DNA of 35,664 bases from Sphingomonadales bacterium (GTDB lineage Bacteria; Pseudomonadota; Alphaproteobacteria; Sphingomonadales; Sphingomonadaceae), in the NCBI GenBank assembly GCA_031397145.1, contig JANNLW010000182.1, positions 1 through 35,664 of the forward strand, read 5' to 3'. Positions 1 to 8,742 of the stretch are shown here, one piece after another (positions within the stretch are counted from its first letter, which is position 1; each line of letters starts with the position of its first letter). The position numbers and the translations under genes are program-made. Below the pieces are notes generated by a model. It saw nothing but the letters and a program-made list of their open reading frames with translations. It ran no database searches and was not told where the DNA came from.

Positions 1-1
1 G

Positions 2-991
2 GTCGGGCAGGGGGACGATGTGCCCACCGCACCGGTGACGGTTGCGGTGAGTTTGGCGGATAAGTTGGATACGCTGGCTGCATTCTTCCTAATTCAAGAA
101 CGACCAACAGGCTCAAAAGATCCTTACGCACTGAGGCGAGCGGCGTTAGGTGTGTTGCAGACTATTTTTAAGAATGACCTCAGAATTCGGTTGGTGCCTC
201 TGTTCGACCTTCTCTGGCCACCTGTTGCAGATAGTATTGGGAAGGCTCAAAGGCGGCGGCAGCAAGCAGCTGCAAAGGCCGTTCGGGAAGCGGGAGGAGG
301 GACTAGCACTTTCTTCGCCGCTTTTGCCCAAGGTCTTATGTTGCGCACCGGCTTTGCAGCGCAACATGATCAGAATAGCTTCGCACTTCTCGACTTCTTC
401 GCCGACCGCCTCAAAGTCCAGCAACGCGAAGCCGGTGTTCGTCACGACCTGATCGATGCGGTGTTCGCTCTGGGTGGCGAGGATGATCTCGTCCGATTGC
501 TCGCGCGGGTGAAGGCGTTGCAGGCCTTTGTCACCACTGATGAAGGCATAAATCTTCTCGCCGGATACAAGCGGGCTGCGAATATTTTGTAGCAAAACCC
601 CTCTCCCCTCGCGGGAGAGGGACAGCGGCGCGGAGCGGTGCAGGGAGAGGGGGCCAGTGCTCTGAAATCTGGCGCTCCCGCCCCCTCTCCCTCCGCGCCT
701 GACGGCGCTCCTCCCTCTCCCGCTAGGGGAGAGGAGTTGGGTGAGGTGGAGACTGCGCTCCTTACCGCCCTCGATGCTGCCGAGCCCAAGGCAGCCGCTG
801 CCATCGAAGCCGAGGATTTCGAAGGTGCAATGGCGGCACTTGCCTCGCTGCGCGCACCGATCGATGCATTTTTCGAAGGTGTGATGGTGAACGATCCAGA
901 CCCGCAAAAGCGGGCGTTCAGGTTGGGGTTGCTGGCACGGTTCCGCGATGCGGTGCATCGGGTCGCGGATTTCTCCAAGATCGAAGGTTGA
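2..991 (+). CDS. glyS: Glycine--tRNA ligase beta subunit, 3' part (5' end outside window); interrupted by in-frame TAG at 590-592 and an in-frame palindromic insert
   Basis: Motifs [41 protein letters not shown] and C-terminal [16 protein letters not shown]...ADFSKIEG. ORFs 20..592 and 638..991 are in the same frame, separated only by one TAG. The glyS-ppdK order is typical of alphaproteobacteria. Confidence 0.93.
600..734. repeat. Palindromic miniature element (RIME/CIR/RPE-like, MITE-like) inside glyS
   Basis: 600-622 CCTCTCCCCTCGCGGGAGAGGGA matches the reverse complement of 712-734 at 22/23 positions, and each end is itself a hairpin. There is a perfect internal 13-bp inverted repeat at 642-654/680-692. 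Length is 135 bp, a multiple of 3. Confidence 0.85.
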
Positions 992-993
992 CG

Positions 994-3645
994 ATGACCC
1001 AATATGTTTACCGCTTCGGCGGCGGTGTTTCGGATGGCGGCAGCCTGGACAAGACTTTGCTCGGCGGGAAGGGTGCGAACCTTGACGGGATGGCGGCGAT
1101 TGGCCTGCCGGTGCCTCCGGGCTTCACCATCTCCACGCCGATGTGCGCGCGCTATTTTGACGAGGGGGAGGCCTTTCCGCCCGAACTGACGCCGCAGGTC
1201 GCCGACGGAATCGCCCATATCCAGCAAGTGACCGGCAAGATGTTCGGCGACGCCGCCGATCCGCTGCTCGTCTCAGTGCGTTCGGGTGCGCGCGTCTCGA
1301 TGCCGGGGATGATGGATACCGTCCTCAACCTCGGGCTCAACGATGCGACCGTCGAAGGGCTAGCGGCTTCGTCGGGCGATGCGCGTTTCGCGTGGGACAG
1401 CTATCGCCGCTTCATCCAGATGTATGCCGATGTCGTCCTCGAACTCGATCATGGTTCGTTCGAGGAGGCGCTGGAGATCGCCAAGGAAGACAAGGGCTTC
1501 TACCTCGATACCGAACTGACTGCCGACGACCTCAAGGCGCTGGTGGGCGACTATAAGAGGCTGGTCGCAGAACAATGGGGCAAGCCCTTCCCGCAGGATG
1601 TGCACGACCAATTATGGGGCGCGGTCGGCGCGGTTTTCGGATCGTGGCAGTCGGAGCGGGCCAAGGTCTATCGGCGGATCAACAACATTCCCGGTGACTG
1701 GGGCACGGCGGTTAACGTGCAGGCGATGGTCTTCGGCAACATGGGCGAGACGTCGGCCACCGGCGTGGCCTTCACCCGCGATCCGGCGACGGGCGAGAAT
1801 ACCTACTACGGCGAATTCCTGATCAACGCGCAGGGCGAGGACGTCGTCGCGGGCATCCGCACGCCGCAATACCTCACGCTTGCCGCCCGTGAACGCGCCA
1901 ATGCCAAGCCGCTGAGTATGGAAGAGGCGATGCCCGAAGTTTATCGGCAGCTGGCTGATGTCTTTGCCATTCTTGAAACGCATTACCGCGACATGCAGGA
2001 TATCGAGTTCACCGTCGAACGCGGCACGCTGTGGATGCTCCAGACGCGTTCGGGCAAGCGGACGGCCAAGGCTGCGCTCAAGATCGCGGTCGATATGGCT
2101 GAGCAAGGCCTCATCACACGCGAGGAGGCGGTGGGGCGGATCGATCCTTCTGCGCTCGACCAGTTGCTCCACCCGACGCTCGATCCCAAGGCGGTTCGCG
2201 ACGTGCTCGCCAAGGGGCTTCCTGCCTCTCCGGGAGCCGCGTCAGGCATGGCGGTGTTTGACAGCGATACGGCCGAAAGACGCGCCGAGATGGGCGAAAG
2301 CGTCATTCTCGTCAGGATGGAAACCTCCCCTGAAGATATTCACGGCATGCATGCGGCCAAGGGCATCCTGACCGCCCGTGGCGGGATGACCAGCCATGCC
2401 GCCGTGGTTGCGCGTGGCATGGGGCGGCCGTGCGTCTCGGGTGCTGGAAATGTTGCCATTGACGCAAGGGAGCGCATCTTCCGCGTTGGCGGGCGCGAAG
2501 TGCGCGAAGGCGAGATCATCACGATAGACGGATCATCGGGCGAAGTGATGTTTGGTGAAGTCGCGACCGTTCAGCCGGAATTGTCGGGCGATTTTGCTGC
2601 GTTGATGGTCTGGGCCGACTCCGCGCGGCGAATGAAGGTCCGTGCCAATGCCGAAACGCCTGCCGACTGCCGCATCGCGCGCGATTTCGGCGCGGAAGGT
2701 GTCGGGCTGTGCCGCACCGAACATATGTTCTTTGAAGCCAGCCGGATCACCGCCGTCCGCCAGATGATCCTTGCCGAGGACGAGGTGGGCAGGCGGGCCG
2801 CACTCGCCAAACTTCTCCCGGAGCAAAGGGCAGACTTCATCGGCATCTTCGAAGTCATGGCCGGGTTGCCCGTGACCATTCGCCTGCTTGATCCGCCGCT
2901 CCACGAGTTCCTGCCGACAGAGGAACATGACTTTTCCGATGTGGCCAAAGCCGCCGGAGTGGGCATTGAAATCCTGAAACGCCGCGCCGCCGAACTGCAC
3001 GAGTTCAATCCGATGCTTGGTCATCGTGGTTGCAGGCTGGGTGTGACCTATCCCGAGATATACGAGATGCAGGCACGCGCCATATTCGAAGCCGCCTGCG
3101 ATCTCGCTGAATCGCCGATTCCGGAGGTTATGGTCCCGCTCGTCGGGACAAGGCGCGAGCTCGAGTTGATGAAGGATGTGATCGACCAGACCGCCGAAGC
3201 CGTGTTCGCCGAACGCGGCAAGCGGATCGAGTATCTGGTCGGGACAATGATCGAGCTGCCACGCGCGGCCTTGATGGCAGGCGAGATTGCCGAGGTTGGC
3301 TCTTTTTTCAGCTTTGGGACAAATGATCTGACACAAACGACACTCGGTGTCAGCCGAGACGATGCCAGCCGCTTCCTCACCCAATATGTCGACAAGGGAA
3401 TCTACGCACAGGATCCGTTTGTAAGCCTCGATATCGACGGCGTCGGCCAGCTGGTCCAGCTCGCCGCCGAACGCGGACGGGCAACCCGGCCCGACATCAA
3501 GCTCGGCATTTGCGGGGAACATGGCGGCGATCCGGCATCCATCCATTTCTGCGAGCGCGTCGGACTCGACTATGTCTCGGCCTCGCCATATCGTGTGCCC
3601 ATTGCGCGGCTGGCAGCAGCTCAGGCGGCTTTGAAACGGGGGTAG
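994..3645 (+). CDS. ppdK: Pyruvate, phosphate dikinase
   Basis: LLGGKGANL, VSVRSGARVSMPGMMDT, phospho-His motif GGMTSHAAVVARG, FSFGTNDLTQ, GICGEHGGDP; ATG at 994. Confidence 0.98.
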   Translation: MTQYVYRFGGGVSDGGSLDKTLLGGKGANLDGMAAIGLPVPPGFTISTPMCARYFDEGEAFPPELTPQVADGIAHIQQVTGKMFGDAADPLLVSVRSGARVSMPGMMDTVLNLGLNDATVEGLAASSGDARFAWDSYRRFIQMYADVVLELDHGSFEEALEIAKEDKGFYLDTELTADDLKALVGDYKRLVAEQWGKPFPQDVHDQLWGAVGAVFGSWQSERAKVYRRINNIPGDWGTAVNVQAMVFGNMGETSATGVAFTRDPATGENTYYGEFLINAQGEDVVAGIRTPQYLTLAARERANAKPLSMEEAMPEVYRQLADVFAILETHYRDMQDIEFTVERGTLWMLQTRSGKRTAKAALKIAVDMAEQGLITREEAVGRIDPSALDQLLHPTLDPKAVRDVLAKGLPASPGAASGMAVFDSDTAERRAEMGESVILVRMETSPEDIHGMHAAKGILTARGGMTSHAAVVARGMGRPCVSGAGNVAIDARERIFRVGGREVREGEIITIDGSSGEVMFGEVATVQPELSGDFAALMVWADSARRMKVRANAETPADCRIARDFGAEGVGLCRTEHMFFEASRITAVRQMILAEDEVGRRAALAKLLPEQRADFIGIFEVMAGLPVTIRLLDPPLHEFLPTEEHDFSDVAKAAGVGIEILKRRAAELHEFNPMLGHRGCRLGVTYPEIYEMQARAIFEAACDLAESPIPEVMVPLVGTRRELELMKDVIDQTAEAVFAERGKRIEYLVGTMIELPRAALMAGEIAEVGSFFSFGTNDLTQTTLGVSRDDASRFLTQYVDKGIYAQDPFVSLDIDGVGQLVQLAAERGRATRPDIKLGICGEHGGDPASIHFCERVGLDYVSASPYRVPIARLAAAQAALKRG

Positions 3646-3647
3646 GC

Positions 3648-4223
3648 ATGAAAGGCTGGCATCGCATTGCGCTGGCACTCGTTGCAGGTATCGCCATCGG
3701 CGCCGGCGGCGCGTGGTACCGGATTCAGGCAGGCTTCAACGACGGACGACTTGCGAATGGCCCGTGGACGACGGCGCTGAACTATGGAACGAGCGGGGCA
3801 GACAGTGTCACGCGCGCCTCGGTTGCCTTGCGAGGTATCCTTGCACTTCCGTCGACCGAAACCGTTTACTGGAACGCCACGACCGACAGCGAAGGCAAGG
3901 CGCTCGATGGCAGCTGCACTTATGTGATGACCGGTAAAGCGCTTGATGCGCGCTGGTGGAGCGTGACCTACTACGACAAGAAGGGGTTTTTGGTCGCCAA
4001 TCCGGCGAATATCTGGTCGTTCAGCGGGGCCTCTGTACCTCCGGCTGAAAGCAATGGCTGGCGCGTAACGATTGGCCCGGAAAAGGTCGAAGGCCATTGG
4101 CTCCCGAGTGCGAAAGGGCAGGGGTTCGAACTGACTTTGCGGATGTACAATCCGGGGAACGGCTTCCGCGCCGCGCCCGACACGGCAGAATTGCCAAAAC
4201 TGAATAAGGAGCGTTGCGCATGA
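3648..4223 (+). CDS. DUF1214 domain membrane-anchored protein
   Basis: N-terminal hydrophobic segment; ETVYW..TDSEG..LDGSCTY, ARWWSVTYYD, WLP...FELTLRMYNP; ATG at 3648 just after the ppdK stop. Confidence 0.8.
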   Translation: MKGWHRIALALVAGIAIGAGGAWYRIQAGFNDGRLANGPWTTALNYGTSGADSVTRASVALRGILALPSTETVYWNATTDSEGKALDGSCTYVMTGKALDARWWSVTYYDKKGFLVANPANIWSFSGASVPPAESNGWRVTIGPEKVEGHWLPSAKGQGFELTLRMYNPGNGFRAAPDTAELPKLNKERCA

Positions 4224-4744
4224 CCCGCTGGATCGTTCCGCTTCTGGTTTTCATCGGCACGGCCGTTGCCGCCTGGCATGCAACGCTCACAATCACGACG
4301 TTCGGCCTGATGGAGGCCGCCGTGCGCCGGGTTTCGGCAAAGTCCGGACTGAATGTGATGGCCTATGGCAATCTGGCATCTCCGGCCAATCAGCCCATCG
4401 TGCGGCCAAGCCCGGATCTCGCCTATTCCACCTGTCCCTTCAATCTTTCGGCGGGACCGTTGCTGATCAATGTCGTCCCGGTTGCTGGACGATACAGCTC
4501 GCTTAGCGTCTTCGACGGCCGGACTGATGTGGTCTTCGTCCGCAATGACATCCAGGCGGGTGGCAAGTCGTTCAAGGTCGCCATCGCTCTTGCAGAACAA
4601 AAGGTTCCGGAAGGTATTGAGACGGTGCGTGTGCGATATGGCCGCGGCATTGCCCTTGTTCGGCTGTTGCTTGCAGACCCCGGCGAGATCGCACAGCTCG
4701 ATACCGTGAGACGGCAATCGAACTGCGCGACGATCGAAAGTTAG
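4220..4744 (+). CDS. DUF1254 domain protein
   Basis: IVRPSPDLAYSTCPFNLSAGPL and YSSLSVFD motifs; ATGA overlap with the DUF1214 gene; AAGGAG RBS. Confidence 0.75.
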   Translation: MTRWIVPLLVFIGTAVAAWHATLTITTFGLMEAAVRRVSAKSGLNVMAYGNLASPANQPIVRPSPDLAYSTCPFNLSAGPLLINVVPVAGRYSSLSVFDGRTDVVFVRNDIQAGGKSFKVAIALAEQKVPEGIETVRVRYGRGIALVRLLLADPGEIAQLDTVRRQSNCATIES

Positions 4745-5739
4745 ATTTTCCCGTTCACGAACGTGTCGCTGATCGAACAGGCTGCCGGCCCCAGGATCAC
4801 CACGAACAGCACTGGCAAGATGAAAAGGATCAGTGGCACCGTCATGATCGCGGGCAAACGCGCGGCTTTTTCCTCTGCGCGCATCATGCGTTCGTTGCGG
4901 AACTCGGCTGAAAGTACGCGCAAGGCAGAAGCGAGTGGCGTACCATATTTTTCAGTCTGGATCATGGTCGTAACCACGCCACGCACAGCATCAAGTGCAA
5001 CGCGGTGTGCCAGGTTTTCAAAGGCCATGCGCCGTTCAGTCAGAAAGCCCAGCTCGATTGCGGTCAAGGCGAATTCATCGCCCAGTTCGGGGTAGGCCTT
5101 GCCGAGTTCACGGGCGACGCGGTGGAATGCAGCATCCACGGTGAGGCCAGCTTCGGCGCAGATAACGAGCAGGTCGAGCGCATCGGGCAATCCCTTGCGG
5201 ATCGCGTCGGAACGCTTCTTGATCTTGTTCGCGACGAAAATGTCAGGGGCCTTGTAACTTCCGATCAACGCACCGGCGATCAGGAAGAATTTCTTCATCG
5301 CGGACCAATCCGCTTTCCAGCCAAAACCATAGACAGCGAGCGCGACGCCGCCGCCGATGACAATCGGGAGGAACATGCGTCCGAAGATCACTGCAACAGC
5401 GGCATCCTTGGAGCGGATGCCGGCTTGCACGAGTTTGGACTGTGCGGCTTTAAGTTGGGTGTCCTGCAGAACCCGCAATGACGAGAGAAACGACCTCATC
5501 CGGTCAGTGGTCTCGTTCTTCTGGTTCAGTTTGGCGCGACGCTTGCCGCTTGAGACGACGATGCCAGCTTTCAACTGTTCGCGGCGCTCGTTGAGTGCCT
5601 TGACGCGACCGGCCATCGGGTCACGGACCGTTGTGGCTGTGTAAAGGGCAAAGATGACCGCCATTGTCGCCACAGCCGACAATATTGTCGCGACCCAGAG
5701 GACGTCGACTCCCAGCAATGTTGGCCCACCCGTTTGCAT
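4741..5739 (-). CDS. tadC: Tad pilus assembly platform protein TadC (T2SS F family)
   Basis: LPDALDLLVICAEAGL, IQTEKYGTPLASALRVLS, RAEEKAARLPAIMTVPLILFILP. Confidence 0.93.
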   Translation of the reverse strand: MQTGGPTLLGVDVLWVATILSAVATMAVIFALYTATTVRDPMAGRVKALNERREQLKAGIVVSSGKRRAKLNQKNETTDRMRSFLSSLRVLQDTQLKAAQSKLVQAGIRSKDAAVAVIFGRMFLPIVIGGGVALAVYGFGWKADWSAMKKFFLIAGALIGSYKAPDIFVANKIKKRSDAIRKGLPDALDLLVICAEAGLTVDAAFHRVARELGKAYPELGDEFALTAIELGFLTERRMAFENLAHRVALDAVRGVVTTMIQTEKYGTPLASALRVLSAEFRNERMMRAEEKAARLPAIMTVPLILFILPVLFVVILGPAACSISDTFVNGKI

Positions 5740-5767
5740 CTCTAAGTCTTTCCTTTGCCCGTGCGGT

Positions 5768-6742
5768 TCAGATTTCGAAGCTGATCATCTTGGACATGAT
5801 GAATGCGCCGATGCTCATCCAAACCATGCCGCCCATGCCCGCGACCATCAGCCGCTGGTCTTCGAAAAAGTGCAGCATATAAGGTGGGTTGACGTACATG
5901 ATCATGCCGAACACCATGAATGGCAGTACCCCGATGATATAGGCTGAGGCCTTGGACTCGGACGACATGGCCCGGATCTTGAGCTTCATCTGAGCGCGTT
6001 TTCGAAGCACTTCGGCCAGGTTTGAAAGCGTTTCAGCCAAATTGCCGCCCGTTTCGCGCTGGATAGCGAGTGTGATGCAGAAGAACTGGAATTCGGCCGT
6101 ACCGATGCGATCGGCCGCTTCCTCGAGCGCCATATCCATCGTCTTGCCGATCCTGATACGATCTGACACACCCCGGAATTCCATACCGACCGGATCAGGC
6201 ACTTCACTGGCAACAATGCCCAGCGTTTCGGAAATCGGAAGGCCGGACCGCAGTCCGCGAACCATCAGCTCGATCGCATCGGGAAAACGCGTATTGAAGG
6301 CGTTCACCCGCCGCTTGATCTGGCTGCCCACGATCATATGCGGCAGAAAGAGCCCGACTGCCGAACCCGCGAGGAGCCCGAGATAGATGGGCGCACCTTT
6401 GATCAGGCAGAGAATGACGATCACCAACATGATACCAATGCAGGTCATCGAGTATTTTCCCAGTGACCATTTCTTGCCGGTTTGTTCGAGACGCTTGGCC
6501 AGAAGTGCAGGATTTGGAATGTATTTGCTGGCAATACCGTCGGCGCGCGAGGCGCGATTGGCGGTGATCTTGCGCAACTGCGATTCCACCGTGTACGACG
6601 GCGTGTCGCTATGCCGGGCCTTCATGCCGTCGATACGACGCAACTGCGCCTTGCCGATCGATGGTCCGGCAAAAGCAATGCCGAGCATGATCAGGCTCAT
6701 GATCGCTCCGGCGGCTATAACGATCCATTGCATTGGCGGCAT
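5768..6742 (-). CDS. tadB: Tad pilus assembly platform protein TadB (T2SS F family)
   Basis: FPDAIELMVRGLRSGLP, IQRETGGNLAETLSNL, KIRAMSSE; start codon approximate. Confidence 0.93.
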   Translation of the reverse strand: MPPMQWIVIAAGAIMSLIMLGIAFAGPSIGKAQLRRIDGMKARHSDTPSYTVESQLRKITANRASRADGIASKYIPNPALLAKRLEQTGKKWSLGKYSMTCIGIMLVIVILCLIKGAPIYLGLLAGSAVGLFLPHMIVGSQIKRRVNAFNTRFPDAIELMVRGLRSGLPISETLGIVASEVPDPVGMEFRGVSDRIRIGKTMDMALEEAADRIGTAEFQFFCITLAIQRETGGNLAETLSNLAEVLRKRAQMKLKIRAMSSESKASAYIIGVLPFMVFGMIMYVNPPYMLHFFEDQRLMVAGMGGMVWMSIGAFIMSKMISFEI

Positions 6743-6781
6743 AGTTCGAACCAATCCTAACCGGTCAAAATGACCTGAAAC

Positions 6782-8089
6782 TTACGCGTCTTGCTCGACC
6801 TGGGCCTTCTTGCCGGGAAGCAGCGATTTGAGTCCTGCTATCTTGCCCGCCAGCGAAGTCGACCCGCCAGCCTTGGGCAGAACGGTCGAGACAGTTTCGT
6901 CTCCTCCGTCGGCCGTCAACAAGAGCCGCGCACCAATCGCCTGAAGTTCCAGCCCGACCTTGGAGGTCTTGCCAACTTCGGCCACTGGCTTGCCGAGCTT
7001 TGCGGCCTGGCAAACCACTTTCACGTCATAGGGGATCGAGAAATCAATCTTGCGTTCGATCGACGATTCGAAATCCTTCTTCGAGATTTCGGATGTACCG
7101 CTTGGGCCGACGCGGTTGACAGCCACATGCGCATTTGCATGCGGTGCGTTTGACTTGAGCCACGAAAGGATGCGGATCGTATCGCGTGCGCCAGCCAGCG
7201 TCAGTTCAGCAACGACAACCACAGACTGGATTTCGTTCATGAGGTGCGGATGTTGCACCAGCATCTGGCGCGGAAGATCGATCACAGTGCATTCAAATGC
7301 TGAGCGCATCTCTTCCTGCAGTTGATAGAATGCCCCGCCATCGCTCAACATCGCCTGGCTCATTGGGGCCTCGGCCGAAAGGATCGACAGCTTGTCATTG
7401 GCGCGCACCATTGCCCGCTCAATGAACAGTCCGTCGATACGGCTCGGATTTTCGATGGCATCGGTCAGTCCGCGGCCGGGCTCCAGGTCGAGAGACAAGG
7501 CACCCGTGCCAAAATGGACATCAAGATCCAGCAAGGCCGTCGAACGCTTGTTTCCATCACTGAACAGCCAGGCAAGCGATGCCGCAATGGTGGAAGCGCC
7601 GACGCCGCCCCGCGCGCCAACGATGGCGGCAGTCATATGTGGCCGGTCCGCCGCAACATCGATATGCTTGGGGCCATTCAGAACGGACTGTGCGTGGGTG
7701 AACGCTTCGCGCAACTGGTCGGCGCTGAACGGCTTCAGCAGATAATCCTGAATGCCGCTGGCGACGAGATCTCGATACAGGCGCACGTCATTGACTTCGC
7801 CCGTTGCGATCACGACCGTCCCGGGCTCGCAGACCTCGGCCAACGCGTTGATGTCGTTCAACGGATCCCCCGATTCAGAGAGATCAACAAACAGGATGTT
7901 CGGGCTCGCCGAAACTGAAAGGGACTGAACCGCATTGCGCAGCCCACCCTTGTTGATCTTTTCGATAGGCCAGCCGAGTTCGACACAGACGGGGCGGATC
8001 GTGTCCGCCGTCGCATCGTCACACACATAGGCAGCGAGGGGATCACGTGTTGTCGCACCGGGGCGACTGGGGGACCAGGGCGCATTCAT
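6782..8089 (-). CDS. cpaE: Pilus assembly protein CpaE/TadZ (receiver-like plus MinD-like domain)
   Basis: NDVRLYRDL..SGIQDYLLKP, deviant Walker A GARGGVGAST, LLDLDVHFGT. Confidence 0.92.
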   Translation of the reverse strand: MNAPWSPSRPGATTRDPLAAYVCDDATADTIRPVCVELGWPIEKINKGGLRNAVQSLSVSASPNILFVDLSESGDPLNDINALAEVCEPGTVVIATGEVNDVRLYRDLVASGIQDYLLKPFSADQLREAFTHAQSVLNGPKHIDVAADRPHMTAAIVGARGGVGASTIAASLAWLFSDGNKRSTALLDLDVHFGTGALSLDLEPGRGLTDAIENPSRIDGLFIERAMVRANDKLSILSAEAPMSQAMLSDGGAFYQLQEEMRSAFECTVIDLPRQMLVQHPHLMNEIQSVVVVAELTLAGARDTIRILSWLKSNAPHANAHVAVNRVGPSGTSEISKKDFESSIERKIDFSIPYDVKVVCQAAKLGKPVAEVGKTSKVGLELQAIGARLLLTADGGDETVSTVLPKAGGSTSLAGKIAGLKSLLPGKKAQVEQDA

Positions 8090-8719
8090 TTAGTTGCTCC
8101 TCGAGCTTTCTTGTTTCAACTGTCCGGCGCCGGTGGGCGCCTTTTCGCGATAGGACTTGATCGCCTTGGCGGCGGTCGAAGCGTCGTTCGCACCGGTCGC
8201 GCGCTGCCCATAAATCAGGTCTTCAGGGTTCGCGACCATTGCGGCCAGATTTGCATTCGCGCTGCATCCGAAATTCGACATTGTGTTCGAATTCATATCA
8301 TTGCCACCCTTGTCGCTCCAATCGGGACAGTTCGGAACGTTTGCTGTTGTGCGGCTGACGACGACCCGAACCTTTCCGGGGGCAATCTCGCCGGTTGTGA
8401 CAGGAGCCGTTGGTTCGACCAGCATTCCGTAACGCGCCGCGAGTTTGGCAACGGCGTCGCGCGTTGCTTCTCCCTCACTGCCTCCGGGAACGTCGAGCGA
8501 TATGCGGTCGCCATAGCCAAGTCGCAGGGATTCGAACCAGCCCGCGACGCGGCTGACTTCTCCAGGCGCAAGCCCATCATAGCCAGTGCCGACATCGAGC
8601 ACGTAATTGGATTTGCTCACGACTGGCTGGTGAACTGATTCCAGGCCACGATTTTCAGTGCCGCACGCAGTTAGCGCGATGCTCATTCCAATCAGGGTTG
8701 CAAAGTTTGTTGCACGCAT
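8090..8719 (-). CDS. cpaD: Pilus assembly lipoprotein CpaD
   Basis: Lipobox LTAC; CPDWS and NFGCSANANLAAMVANPEDL motifs; GGAG RBS before the ATG at 8719. Confidence 0.9.
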   Translation of the reverse strand: MRATNFATLIGMSIALTACGTENRGLESVHQPVVSKSNYVLDVGTGYDGLAPGEVSRVAGWFESLRLGYGDRISLDVPGGSEGEATRDAVAKLAARYGMLVEPTAPVTTGEIAPGKVRVVVSRTTANVPNCPDWSDKGGNDMNSNTMSNFGCSANANLAAMVANPEDLIYGQRATGANDASTAAKAIKSYREKAPTGAGQLKQESSRSN

Positions 8720-8742
8720 GACTTTCATCTCCATGATTGGGG

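Noticed and set aside
590-640. Pyrrolysine or selenocysteine recoding at the glyS stop
   Set aside because: Selenocysteine needs UGA, not UAG. There are no pyl genes in the window, and the hairpin is explained by the repeat element.
598-736. CRISPR array or rho-independent terminator reading of the CCCTCTCCC repeats
   Set aside because: The repeats are inverted and nested rather than regularly spaced direct repeats. There are no cas genes and no U-tract.
146-1227. Long antisense ORFs 146..958 and 442..1227
   Set aside because: Shadow frames of glyS and ppdK; their PSP/GEG peptides simply reflect the palindromic element.
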